DNA of 64,000 bases from Podarcis filfolensis. Its lineage: Eukaryota. Below the pieces are notes generated by a model. That model ran no database searches. It saw only the letters and a program-made list of their open reading frames with translations, and was not told the DNA's origin. Positions within the stretch are counted from its first letter, which is position 1, and every line of letters starts with the position of its first letter. Positions 34,301 through 43,966 of this stretch are shown here, piece by piece. The position numbers and the translations under genes were made by a program. The stretch lies in NCBI GenBank assembly GCA_964270895.1, contig OZ185438.1. One strand, given 5' to 3'.

Positions 34301-37300
34301 ACAACCAAAATCTCAAAGTTCGAGCAGGGAGAAAGGATAGTGCTCACTCTTCCCTCCCACCCTACTTCCCCTGTTCCCCAGGACTAAGGAAAGAAACGGA
34401 CTAATGTTTGCTTCCCTTTCCCACTATCAAGTCAAAAGGCACCATCAGTGTTCTCAACATTGGCAGATAGAAGGATTCTAGCACCCAGGTGAAGAAAAAG
34501 CATTTTGATTGGGTTTAGATCCAAAAAACACAGAATCTGCTACGTAGAAAAGGACACCAAGCAGCAAAACCAGGCAGCACAAATTGGTATGATTCCAAAG
34601 GCACTTCAAACAATTCTTCCCAATGAAGTGGAAGAAATCATATTCCTTAATAAAAACTGCTTGGGAGGAAAAATCATGCAAAGTCATCTTCATCAAAAGA
34701 AAAGGGTTTTTAAAAATCCTTTACTAAAGAATACTTTGAAATGCAACAGGAATACTACCAACATGTGCAGCTGTCATTGTGTTTTGTAACTCATTTATGG
34801 CCCTGCTCTAACTGAAGGTGTTCCAGATCCTTCTGTGTGAGGAAAAAGAGGGAGAAAGAGACTAACAAGCAGTAGCAGATCAGGGCCTAAGAACAGCTGC
34901 AGCTTCATGTTAGCAATTTCACATTGTTGTAAATCACATGCTTGTGTGGGACGAGTCTGGGAAAGGAAGACAAGTCTTATCTCTTCCGCTGCGGGTACTA
35001 TTACACTGTACTTTCGCTTTCATTTTTTTCTGTTTTGTTCTCTCGGAGCTGGAGAGAACAGACGCCATTATGCTTTTGTCTGTACATAGTGTGTAAATAA
35101 ATAGTAGATTAGCTCTACTATGTCTCACGCTTCTTGCTGTGTTGTGCCAGAAGCTTAGTGTGCATATATCATTATGATGTATGTTGCTAGAAGCGCACTG
35201 GAAGAGAAGGGAGATGCCTTTTCGAGAGCTGCGCATACCGGAGGACGCTCAGAGTTCTGGAGGCTTGCAGGCACCCCAAGGGTGTTTTTCCAACACATAA
35301 GTATATCTACAATCTACTGAGTCAACTACCCAAACAATCCTTACCATCTAAATATATACCTACCCTGCATTTCACATCTCAGATTGGGAGCTAGTTCTAT
35401 GGGTTCACAAAGTCATTGAAAAGGATACGTAGGCAGTTGTACATGTCCTGCAGAGGTTTCTCATCAGCAAAGAGCCGGGACTGGACCAACTGATGGATGA
35501 AGCTGATCTGCATACTGTGAACTAAAGCTCGACCATCTTCCATTAAAAGAAAAGAAAATAAATCTTTTGTGTTTTTTATGAATCTTTAAGATGATGTAAC
35601 ACTACTTAAAAGGTTTATTAAAAGCCTCAAACAATAGTGGAAAGTATAAAGTATTAATGCTTGGAGAGTGGCTTCTGATGCAATGTTCCCTTTGAGAACA
35701 CGCAGCTGGGGATACAGAGTAACATGCTGAAGAGCAGACACCATCAACATTTAAGATGGCATGGTTGAAAACAGCTCAATTTACTTTAATAGAAGAGGTT
35801 AATGGAGTGTATCAGTTTAGATGAGTGCCCCAAGTCATAAGCATTAGATCTATCATAATGTCTATGGGCATTACCTCCAGTCTCTTTATCTTCAACCAGA
35901 ATTTCCAGTTTGAGAAGACGCCATGGGACATCAGGATCATCTCCCATCACTGTCAAAGTAGCCTCAAATTCACCCTCAACACGAAACTTCACACGACCAT
36001 TAGCTAGAAACAGAAACCATACATAGTGCGAAACAAAGCATAAGCAAAATAAAACTCCAGTTTGTTTGTTTTAAAAAACAACAATGGGGGGGGGATATGG
36101 AAAAGATTCCCTTTCCTCTAGCAATAATGACTCCTCTTTCTGGTAGTTTTGAATTTCAGACATTCCTTTTAAGTTACTCTCAATAAATCTTTATTACACA
36201 TTTTAATTAGCTGAGAGTAATCCATCTGTCATAGATGCTTTAGCTGAGATTCCTGCATTGTAGGGGGTTGGACTAGATGACCCTTGGGTCCCTTCCAACT
36301 CTAAAATTCTATGATTCTATGAACTAAAGGAGTGAAGGGATCCGTGCAATGGCTTACCAACTGTAAGATTTGCCAGCTGTGGAGGAAGATCTGTTGTCAC
36401 CAGTCGGTGGCGAAGAATCTGGTTTAACTGATGGAGCGTTGTTTGTTTCTCAACTTTTGTTATTGGATCAGGAGGAATTATTTTGTCCTGTAAAGTTACA
36501 AATGTGCATTTTTACATACTAATTTAAGTTATCCCGAATTCATTTAACCATTTTGTAAACATGAATAAACTGCAAGGACAAACCTCATCATCCATGTTAT
36601 AGATCCACAACGGCCTGGGCTCATGCAAAGGACTTACTACGGTTTCATGGATTTTTTTTTTTTACTTTTTTCTTTTAAAAGTCGAGTCTCACAAAATATC
36701 ATCCGCTTTTATAAGTGAAGGTACAAATTTTGCGGCCTTCACAGTGCAACACACAAGATAGTTTGGCCTTTGCTGTTGTTAAAATAAACAATAGTGGAAA
36801 TGACTTGAGCCTTTGACAGAAAAGGACTAGATAGAGGGGGAAAGAAGGCTCTCATAATGGGTGTAGGGTTCTCATAATGGGTAAGTTAACACAGCAAATC
36901 AAAACCCAGAAAAGGAAACATGAAATAAACCACATCATGGAAACCTGGTGGCCCTTGCTTACTTACTTGGAACCAAGCCCTGTTTACAGGGATAAGCCAA
37001 ACAAACAAACAAACAATGTCTTAAATATATCTATCTGTACCAAAGAAACCTGCTAATTTTAGCCTTTAAACAGTGAGCAGTAGGGCAAGGGCCATATTTT
37101 TTTAATCATGACTCTAAAAAGTTCAAAATAAAAAGTTTTTTTTAAAATACACCAGTGATTAAAAGAATCTTATTTGGTGATGATTCAGCCAACTAAGGTG
37201 TCTTAGGCCAATGAGAAGTATTTGGCATCAGTTATCTCAGACATAAGCCTTTTATCCAATGCAACAAGGCTGTGAGGAAAAAGCTCCTGCTGAAAGCAAA

Positions 37301-40300
37301 CTGGGACAGAGGTCTAAGTCTTTTGTTGTTTTTACATTATACAGCAATTTACCCGTATACATGTTGGCAGCCGTGGATATGACCCAGTTGTCAGTACATC
37401 AATAGCATATGGAATAGCAAAGCTGGGCAGACGAGCATGGACCAAAGCATCTCTGGCTAGTGATGCTAAACGATCAGCAGTGTCCACGAACAGAATAGCT
37501 TGTTGATCAAGAAAGCTTGATATCATCTGTAATATATATAAATATAAATTAATTTAAAATTATTTACCCACATCTAAACTCCTCCATAAAAGCCAACTAT
37601 ATACCTCCTGTTCAAAATGTCAAAGTCTTTGGTGGAATAAACATTGCAGCTGATCTGTGAAATAAATTGTGATGTGAACTGCCCTGTGATCTTCAGATGA
37701 AGGGCAGTAAACAAATATAATAAATAAATAATAAAAGGTAAAGTAAACTTTTCAAAAATATATTATCATACTATAGACCCTTTCAAAGACCTAAAGCTGC
37801 CAGGAGGACAAGAGCATGCCTTTAAGAGGCAATTTGGAAATTATAGCTCTGGAAGTAGCCCTAAAAGAAAACCAAGGGAAGAGAAGACCAAAAAGAAAAA
37901 AAGAAAACATACCAATAAATGAGTGTGTGTGTGGTGCTATTGTTATATGGCCTAAAGAACACCCTTATACATATACAGTGGTACCTGTAGATACACACAC
38001 CTCTGGTGCGTATCCTTCAGGATGTGAACGTGCCAAAGCCAGAAGTATTTTTTAGAGTTTTGTTGCAGGCGCACACACAAAAGCGCTCTACGCGCCAAGC
38101 GCAGAAGTGCTCTACCGCACTGCACGTATGCGCAGAAGCGGCACCTCCAGTTGCAAATTCCTCAGGATCCAACCGGAGCTCCAGAACGGATCCTATGCGC
38201 AATCAGAGGTACCACTGTAGACTGATTTATCCAAGAAATACATACAGCAGTGTCATACAGTGGGAAAGATAACAAGCCCACTGTTCAAGACAGTCAGAAT
38301 GACAAGAAATGTAACACTGGGACCACCCTGACCTGTGTCCAAAGGAAACAGACTAACTACTGGCAAAAATTCAGTTTACCTACATGACGTGCTTTCTGAT
38401 TACTAAGAGCCAGTGACAGCTCAGCTGGGCAAGGTGTTGGGAGAAGAAGCAGGGGTGGGGGCAGAGTATGAAACCAGGCAGAAGGCTAGAGAGAAGCTGA
38501 GGTCAGGAAGAAAAGCCTGACCAGGCCAAAATCTTTGCACAATATATAAACTGCTAACCTAAAACTAGAAAAGCCTAAGAAATCATGGCAAAGCTCCGAA
38601 CGTCACTTAGGAGCATGTATTCACTTTAAATTACTTATTTCTCTTTATTGTTACAGTAACACCTTAAAGGTACATAAAATTAAGCAAGGATATTGGACAG
38701 GAACAATTTCTGCAAATATGATGCCACTAGTATTACATGCACCATATTGAAACATTTCCCAATAATGGGGGCATGTCAACATTTAATATAAATCTACATC
38801 ATGATACAGAATTTTGTTTAGCTGTCATTTGTTATTCTACATTAGTTTGTAACTAACTGCAGAACTACATTCTGAAAACAGAAGATTTTGCTATATCAAA
38901 GATCAGGAATAAAACCACGAACAGGCTATTTTTCAGATGTTTCTAGTCCACCCAGCTGTAGGCAAGTTTTCCAAGAGACAATCATTCACTGCATCTTAAA
39001 AAAAATGAAATCATAACTTACTAAAAATAATTTTGAAATTTATGACCACTATATTTGAACATGTGGAATGTCAGTAACTATTCTCTCAATGCTTTATGGG
39101 TGGTTCCTCCTCCGCTTTTATGATCTTATTGTCTAAATTATGCCAATAAAGGCTGAATGAATGAATGACCCATTTTCTCAATTTTCTCAGCTGGGTGAAG
39201 TACAGAAGCCATCCCTTGCCTCTGTAAATTTCAGCTGAGAGCTAATGAATAGTATCAAACTCACCGCACATTTTTCCACCTTTCCAGCGTTATTTGCCCA
39301 CTTTACCAAGGCTAACAGTCGGACAAACAGCTGCCGTGTGCGACTTGCAAACTGCACTATTTCTATTTTTCTGTGAAGAAGCAAATTGCATTAGAAAATC
39401 TGTAGTTCAATTATTTTGAAAAAAGCAGCTCATGAAAGGGGGAATCAGATATGCCAATAATTATTCCAGATGCAGAATGAGATACTAGACTAACATTGCA
39501 ATCGGACACATTAGATAACTCTTTTTGGCCAAAAGTCTGCATTCACTCTCGGTGAACCCTCTAGGGGCTGCCTGCACACTCTTATACACACTCTCACATG
39601 AACACAACCCCTTTACTTTATTTTATTACCGCTTCCAATTTTTTAATGGATTGATTTATTGTACTTGATTTATTGTATTACACGCCCAGTAATAAAGCCA
39701 TCATATGGGGCTAGTTATTGGCACTAGCCGCATAGTTAGTTGCGTACAGATGCTACATATTACTAGTATATATTTTTTAGTTTTAGCCCACTATTTGTTC
39801 AATATAAATGCACAACATGACACTGCAAGTTTTAAATATTAATAGTCTGCTTCCTAAGTTTTATGTCTTGTATGTGGAAAACATGACATTTAAACTGCTG
39901 GCTTTCTGCTGACTTTGATTTGTAGAGTTTCAGGAAAGGTCATTATTTATTATGCCAAAAAAACAAACAAAAACGGAGGTTTTGGCTGCAAGAAGCATGT
40001 CAATCTCATGATTAAACTTGCGAACATAAGAGCCCTGTTGAGACCAACGGCCTATCAGATTCAGCCTGCCATTCACAGCGACCAATCAGAGGCCTATGGG
40101 AAGCCCACAAGCAAGATTACTATATAGCCATAATGACTAACAGTTATTGGTGGCCTGATCCTCCAAGAGAAACGCTTGCTTTGTCTGCCCCTCTGGACAG
40201 TGTCCTATGCAACAACCACTATTCTTGCTCCTTCTCATGCATGGGGCTTACAGCAAGGCTCTTGAACCAGCTTCTTAAGAGGTCTCCCAGACCACTTCAA

Positions 40301-43300
40301 TACTGGTATTTTAGTAGAAAATAAATTATTTTCCCCTCTTTTCTATTGTCCTTTAAGTAGTTTAATTGTGTGCAGTTGCCTTCCATTTTGTTGACACTGC
40401 TTTTGTAATGTCTGATCTATCTAATTTTATTGATTATAGATTGCCAAGCTTTAAAAACAACAACAACAACTGGAGGCCAATTAACTAATTTTCTCAAATA
40501 AAATAGTACATGCAGGAGATTTATGGACTCACTTGCTAGTCAGTTTTACCAGAGCACTGCTGCAAGCATTCATTTTCAATGAAGGACAGCACGCTAGTTA
40601 ATTAAAACATTCCCTAAAGCAGCCGCACTAAAAAAAGCAGGAAAAACTCTTCAGAGCTGAGTTACAGTCATTGACAAGTATCAGCAGTGACAGCCTGGAG
40701 ATTCTGGAGAGACGACTTTGTGTCCTGCCCCAATTTAACCCTTTACACCTTCAGGCAAAGGCCAGAACACTGTTACAGGGTTTAACTGTGTGATAAATAT
40801 CTATGCATTACAAAGCTCACAGTTTTAGAAGAAATCCTCAAAGAATACAAGTGAACATGGGCACAGAGAGCTGCACGACCCAATGCTGACCTAAACTTAA
40901 CTATGGTTAACATGTCAGACGTACAAGAGATTATGGTTTAGTTTGGCAAAGTTAGTTCTGCCCTCAGCTGATGTGTATAGTGGGGCACCAGCAATACCTA
41001 TTTCTTATCTTATAAGGAGAGGCTGGAGAGGTGTATTAATTTTCCTAACCATACTCTGTGCAGATATATCATTGATATACAGTTAATAAAAACCATGGTT
41101 TGCAACCCCACGGTTTCACATCATGACCAACATTTAGTATTCAGAAATTATTCTGAAGCAGGATCTGCATGAGGCCATAATTCTACCCATATTCAAACAA
41201 GTCGAATATCTCCTATCAATTGCTAACTCTATCTGAAGTGGATAAAACTTATGGGTTCTCTATTTGAAAACCTGACTCCTAATTTGCATTAGAAAACTTT
41301 ACAGTGCAAACTATCCTAATGTTACCTAGGATTATTTTTTTTTGAAAACCCACATTACACAAATGTTAATCCTTTATTGGTATAGACTTTTCCTCTGCAA
41401 TAGTGTGAAGTCTCATACAACATTTCATAATCCAGTAATCCTGATCTAGAGGAAAGCACAAACCATGGTTTTCTGATTTGAATGCAGCTTAGATCTGTAC
41501 TACAGAGGAAATTCATCCAGCAAGAGTGCTGGGCAGGGGTGGGAAATAAAACCACAAGGCTCATTCTTCTGGCATCAAATCATGGTTGCCATTACATGTA
41601 AACCATCCCAAAATGTTTTGAATTTCAAACTAGGCACTTAATAAAACTGAAACACTATATTATTATTTTTTACTCAGGTAAAGTTAAAGAAAGGAAATAT
41701 TTGACCCAGTGATTCAATACCTAAATTTCATTAAAATTTATTACAAATCCTCCTCAATTGTCATTACTCACCTTTCCATATCTGTTTTTCTTGGTAATCT
41801 GTTGGGAAGGGGAGTTGGAGTGGTGAAAAAAAAAGATCAAATTATTATGTTTTGACAAATACTACAAAAATATTAAACAGGAAGCATGAGTTAATTTCAG
41901 CTCTCTGACAATAGTTCTTGTACAATTCTCAAGTTTTTAAACAATCTTGTAACTCATTCACATTTTACATTTTGGGGTGTACATTTAAATCTTAGGCAGA
42001 TACCTACAGTGTGTGACTGCAAACTTCTTCACACAGATAATAAACAAATGTCTATCATGTGTCCAAATAACTGAAAACAGATGATGATTTCCCCAAAAGT
42101 TTTTCCAAAACCAGTGCAAATACAAGTGACTGACATCATAAAGCGTGAACTTGCAGTCATTCAATTTCAGATCTCCATGTCCTGTGTCTTTACTATTACT
42201 AACAGCACTGTATTATTGTGATGCTTAAACAAGCTCAGTTACAACACTGACTTTTTTTTTAATTCTGGGAGCATTTATCCACACCACCTTAAGGTAAATA
42301 AAAGGGTCTGTTATATTTCCACAAAAGCATTAACAGAAAAAATATAACAATATCACACTTAAAGTAGATTGAAATATATTTTTGTAGAGGGCCCTATATT
42401 GCTAGTGCTATGAATCACAAACGAGTTAAGGTGGAGTAAACATATTTTGAACCCATTTAGCCCCCATTGAAAGTAATGCAGCTTAACTAAAATGTAAATA
42501 AGTTTGAAAAGATTTGCAGATATGACTATAGGTCTAATTTATATGGGGATGCATATGTAAAAAAAGGAATTGGTTTATTCTGATTTTCACAGCCAAGAAC
42601 CTAATTGAGCATATTCCTGAAAGAGACTAAATAAGTAGTTGATGTGAATATATTAAAGCTATTAACTTCAATAAGGCTATTTATTATTTAAAAATCTCAT
42701 CCAACCAACCTTCTATTCATTACCTGGGCTGTTACTTACAAGAAATACTCCAGAGACCACACAGAGGGTCTGCTGCTTTGTCCATCATTTACAATATTTG
42801 AGATTCCAGCATTGCAGGAAGTTGGACTAGAAGACCCTTGGGGTCCCTTCCAACTCTACAATTCTATGGTTCCATGAATAGCTTGTTGCAAAGATGTAGC
42901 CACAACGGGAAGTGATTTTAAAAGGCCACAATAAAGCAACCACAGAAGTTCCAGCTATGTGACAGGAGATTGTAGAAACTTCATGAAAAGTATAAATACA
43001 ATTTCTTTTTAAAAACCTGTTTAATACAAAGACAGCAAAGGCCTTGCTGCAATCTAGACACATAGGATGCTTCCAACGGTATCTGTCCCTCAATAGTCTA
43101 CACACAAACAGCTTTCACTGGACCAAAATGGTCTGTACCATCCAGATGACTTACAGTGAAAGGAGGCTACCCTTCAAACTAAAATACAGCATCCAACTGA
43201 GAGCACAGCACCCTTGTCACCTACACCCTAGTGTGCATGCACATGAAAGTTCATACCAATAACAAACTTAGTTGGTCTCTAAGGTGCTACTGGAAGGAAT

Positions 43301-43966
43301 TTTTTTATTCAGTATTTCCAATCAAGCAAACACAAGTTTTAGTTTAAGACTTAGCCCTTATCTTCTTGATGCCCTTATTAGGTTTGCCAGCAAACATAAA
43401 CTCAACCAGGAATCAATTCCAGCTCTTTAACAAATGCACTTGTATGTATGACACTCAAGTTTTTGAATGATTGTTTAACTCTATTCACCCTTTACATTTC
43501 GGGGTGTACATATTACTCTTAGGCAGGTCACCTAAGAGTCACAGCGTGCGAAGAGAGTCTGAAGATTCTAACTGAACCAGAAGATCAGGCTTCCCCAAAC
43601 CACCACCCTCCTTCTCCATCACGTAGAACAAGCCACAAAGGAGGAGGACCTCCTGGGCGAATGGGTAAGAGGCGTTCCATAAGTCAAGGTCGCCTAACAC
43701 GGGTCCGTCGGAGAGTGAACAGTCTCGCGAGGGGAGGCAAGTGGGCAAGGCAAGTATGTGGGCAAGGGGCTCCCGGGCACTCACAGATCGGCCAGAACGG
43801 TGAGCTCCGCGTAAGTGCGATGCAGCAGGAAATCGATGAGGGTGCTGAGTCGGAAGCCGGCGCTGGCCGCCGCCGCCGCCGTTCCCGGAGGCTGCGGAGC
43901 TGGGGCCGAGGTGGGCCCTCCACCCGCCGGGACCAGCTGGTGGCTTTCCAGTTGCACCGGCGCCAT
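9782..43966 (-). CDS. MED14: Mediator of RNA polymerase II transcription subunit 14, complete gene (31 coding exons, 4326 nt, 1441 aa)
   Basis: All 31 exons were located with GT-AG boundaries and consistent phases. The translation runs [10 protein letters not shown]...[12 protein letters not shown] and is colinear with the recalled human MED14. Confidence 0.98.
10165..10285 (+). mobile_element. Decayed tRNA-derived (MIR-like/core) SINE
   Basis: GGAGACCTGGATTCAAAACCC B-box-like motif followed by TGGGTGA...CTCAGCC. Highly diverged. Confidence 0.4.
12065..12254 (-). CDS. MED14: MED14 exon 30
   Basis: cacag|LQLTQKTTV...FAELNSPRP(G)|gtactg; 190 nt. Confidence 0.95.
12868..13113. repeat. Tandem duplication, 2 x 123 bp
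   Basis: 12868-12990 and 12991-13113 are identical except at 12956/13079 (A/G) and 12964/13087 (C/T). Confidence 0.95.
13195..13624 (-). mobile_element. RTE-clade non-autonomous retroposon (SINE-like) with an internal (TG)n expansion
   Basis: The reverse strand ends ...CGAGACAGATGGATGTCAACAACAA (CAA tail). The body resembles a repeat I recall from lacertid genomes. Family assignment from memory. Confidence 0.55.
13301..13338. repeat. (TG)19 microsatellite
   Basis: Directly visible. Confidence 0.97.
13815..13940 (-). CDS. MED14: MED14 exon 29
   Basis: aaacag|[14 protein letters not shown]...SKMLFF|gtaagt; 126 nt. Confidence 0.96.
14042..14149 (-). CDS. MED14: MED14 exon 28
   Basis: ctgtag|[11 protein letters not shown]...HIMKLEL|gtaagt; 108 nt. 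Confidence 0.96.
14595..14774 (-). CDS. MED14: MED14 exon 27
   Basis: aaacag|[10 protein letters not shown]...EKFFETR|gtatgt; 180 nt. Confidence 0.96.
15888..16123 (-). CDS. MED14: MED14 exon 26
   Basis: tactag|(S)[13 protein letters not shown]...RIIQQEP|gtatgt; 236 nt. Confidence 0.95.
16442..16578 (-). mobile_element. tRNA(Lys)-derived SINE with a CR1-type 3' tail
   Basis: Reverse strand reads GGATAGCTTAATTGGTAGAGCATGAGACACTTAATCTCAGGGTTGTAGGTTTGAGC..., then ...GGATTGGACTAGA...TTCCAACTG...GATTCTATGA. Confidence 0.75.
16706..16888 (-). CDS. MED14: MED14 exon 25
   Basis: ccatag|(G)[13 protein letters not shown]...HSPRAGT|gtaagt; 183 nt. Confidence 0.95.
17403..17534 (-). CDS. MED14: MED14 exon 24
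   Basis: ctttag|(G)[17 protein letters not shown]...NYASPH|gtaagc; 132 nt. Confidence 0.94.
17753..17861 (-). CDS. MED14: MED14 exon 23
   Basis: caacag|[17 protein letters not shown]...MHTQSP|gtaaga; 109 nt. Confidence 0.92.
18528..18665 (-). CDS. MED14: MED14 exon 22
   Basis: ccacag|[16 protein letters not shown]...QLQPQPQV|gtatgt; 138 nt. An alternative donor 3 nt earlier would end the exon at 18531. Confidence 0.9.
18836..18979 (-). mobile_element. L2-like LINE 3' end
   Basis: Reverse copy of the 28170 element (TATACCCTGTCCATCTGGCTGGGTTTCCCCAGCCA...GGGCAGCTT). Confidence 0.6.
19539..19808 (-). CDS. MED14: MED14 exon 21
   Basis: ttgcag|[14 protein letters not shown]...FYPAPGLK|gtcttt; 270 nt. 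The donor is weak. Confidence 0.94.
20193..20345 (-). CDS. MED14: MED14 exon 20
   Basis: ttatag|[13 protein letters not shown]...VVQLLQ|gtaact; 153 nt. Confidence 0.96.
20731..20822 (-). CDS. MED14: MED14 exon 19
   Basis: atgaag|(E)[12 protein letters not shown]...TTKGSS|gtaagt; 92 nt. Confidence 0.95.
20934..21080 (-). CDS. MED14: MED14 exon 18
   Basis: ttgtag|(G)[10 protein letters not shown]...YFRSLP|gtacat; 147 nt. Confidence 0.95.
21192..21355 (-). CDS. MED14: MED14 exon 17
   Basis: caacag|(K)[17 protein letters not shown]...STSSREQ|gttagt; 164 nt. Confidence 0.95.
21983..22059 (-). CDS. MED14: MED14 exon 16
   Basis: tttcag|[25 protein letters not shown](K)|gtaaag; 77 nt. Confidence 0.95.
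23047..23181 (-). CDS. MED14: MED14 exon 15
   Basis: ctctag|[12 protein letters not shown]...FIGLRME|gtaagt; 135 nt. Confidence 0.96.
24680..24874 (-). CDS. MED14: MED14 exon 14
   Basis: atttag|[20 protein letters not shown]...GGTKRK|gtatgg; 195 nt. Confidence 0.95.
26427..26586 (-). CDS. MED14: MED14 exon 13
   Basis: attaag|(K)[13 protein letters not shown]...LPQYYI|gtaagt; 160 nt. Confidence 0.96.
27445..28064 (-). mobile_element. Decayed CR1 LINE (3' end plus RT fragment) with a short inverted 5' piece
   Basis: Minus-strand CR1 3' end near 27445 and RT-region similarity at 27810-28030 (...KVPHKRLL). 28031-28064 reads [11 protein letters not shown] on the plus strand. Confidence 0.65.
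28170..28304 (+). mobile_element. L2-like LINE 3' end
   Basis: GGAAGCTGCCCAGTGGCTGGGGAAACTCAACCAGATGGGTGGGGTATAAATAAATAA followed by an (ATT)n tail. Confidence 0.6.
28723..28801 (-). CDS. MED14: MED14 exon 12
   Basis: ctgcag|(D)[25 protein letters not shown]|gtgagt; 79 nt. Confidence 0.95.
29612..29737 (-). CDS. MED14: MED14 exon 11
   Basis: ttttag|(S)[18 protein letters not shown]...LMLYGI|gtatgt; 126 nt. Confidence 0.95.
30808..30919 (-). CDS. MED14: MED14 exon 10
   Basis: ttatag|[17 protein letters not shown]...SYNVNDN|gtaagt; 112 nt. Confidence 0.95.
31950..32100 (-). CDS. MED14: MED14 exon 9
   Basis: attaag|(N)[15 protein letters not shown]...IERAMK|gtaaat; 151 nt. Confidence 0.95.
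33062..33194 (-). CDS. MED14: MED14 exon 8
   Basis: ctttag|(H)[14 protein letters not shown]...LSLSVW|gtaagt; 133 nt. Confidence 0.96.
33458..33556 (+). mobile_element. 5S rRNA-derived SINE (SINE3-type) fragment
   Basis: AAGCTAAGCAG..CTGGTTAGTGCCTGGATAG..TTGGGAA resembles the 5S internal control region (AAGCTAAGCAGGG..CCTGGTTAGTACTTGGATGGG..TGGGAA) but is deleted and degenerate. Confidence 0.6.
33821..34179 (+). mobile_element. Sauria SINE, full length
   Basis: Colinear with the 3807 copy; tail GGTCCCTTTACCTTTA. Confidence 0.9.
34925..35295. mobile_element. Candidate solo LTR (371 bp)
   Basis: Termini TGTTG...CAACA, an internal AATAAA at 35095-35100 (plus strand), and CpG enrichment over the flanks. 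The flanking match is only CAT/CAT, so the TSD is not clean. Confidence 0.5.
35429..35536 (-). CDS. MED14: MED14 exon 7
   Basis: tggaag|(D)[15 protein letters not shown]...DMYNCL|gtatcc; 108 nt. Confidence 0.95.
35875..36003 (-). CDS. MED14: MED14 exon 6
   Basis: ttctag|(A)[16 protein letters not shown]...EDKETG|gtaatg; 129 nt. Confidence 0.96.
36236..36321 (+). mobile_element. CR1 LINE 3' end
   Basis: GAGATTCCTGCATTG..GGGGTTGGACTAGATGACCC..TTCCAACTCT..(ATTCTATG)2 tail. Confidence 0.8.
36358..36487 (-). CDS. MED14: MED14 exon 5
   Basis: ttacag|[14 protein letters not shown]...LANLTV|gtaagc; 130 nt. Confidence 0.96.
37353..37526 (-). CDS. MED14: MED14 exon 4
   Basis: ttacag|[13 protein letters not shown]...RLPTCIR|gtaaat; 174 nt. 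Confidence 0.96.
37976..38217. mobile_element. Tc1/mariner (Tigger-like) MITE, second family
   Basis: TA|CAGTGGTACCT ... AGGTACCACTG|TA. Same termini as the 2244 element but a different internal sequence. Confidence 0.8.
39265..39370 (-). CDS. MED14: MED14 exon 3
   Basis: tcacag|(R)[15 protein letters not shown]...KVEKCA|gtgagt; 106 nt. Confidence 0.96.
40022..40150 (-). mobile_element. Decayed CR1 3' end
   Basis: GAACATAAGAGCCCTG...CCAATCAGAGGCCTATGGGAAGCCCACAAGCA...TATAGCCATAATGACTAA resembles the reverse CR1 terminus at 27445. Confidence 0.45.
41772..41798 (-). CDS. MED14: MED14 exon 2 (27-nt microexon)
   Basis: cccaacag|ATTACCAAGAAAAACAGATATGGAAAG|gtgagt encodes (L)LPRKTDME(R). It supplies the residues missing between exons 1 and 3. 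Confidence 0.93.
42799..42877 (+). mobile_element. CR1 LINE 3' end
   Basis: Same motif as the 36236 copy. Confidence 0.78.
43232..43310 (+). mobile_element. Penelope-like element terminal fragment
   Basis: CACATGAAAGTTCATACCAATAACAAACTTAGTTGGTCTCTAAGGTGCTACTGG resembles reptile Penelope-like termini (from memory). Confidence 0.5.

Larger units (their letters stand above)
33195..35428 (-). other. MED14: U12-type (minor spliceosome) GT-AG intron, MED14 intron 7
   Basis: 5' splice site GTATCCTTTT (35428-35419) and branch site TACTTAAC (33215-33208), ending 13 nt before the exon 8 boundary. Confidence 0.9.
41842..43534. repeat. Dispersed imperfect direct repeat (~160 bp): 41842-42005 and 43375-43534
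   Basis: For example, TTTACATTTTGGGGTGTACATTTAAATCTTAGGCAGATACCT vs TTTACATTTCGGGGTGTACATATTACTCTTAGGCAGGTCACCT. Similarity extends ~120 bp upstream. Confidence 0.75.

Noticed and set aside
9856-43784. Intronic C/D or H/ACA snoRNAs in MED14
   Set aside because: A by-eye scan found no RTGATGA...CTGA pair with a terminal stem on the host strand. This is not exhaustive, and an Infernal/Rfam search would be decisive.
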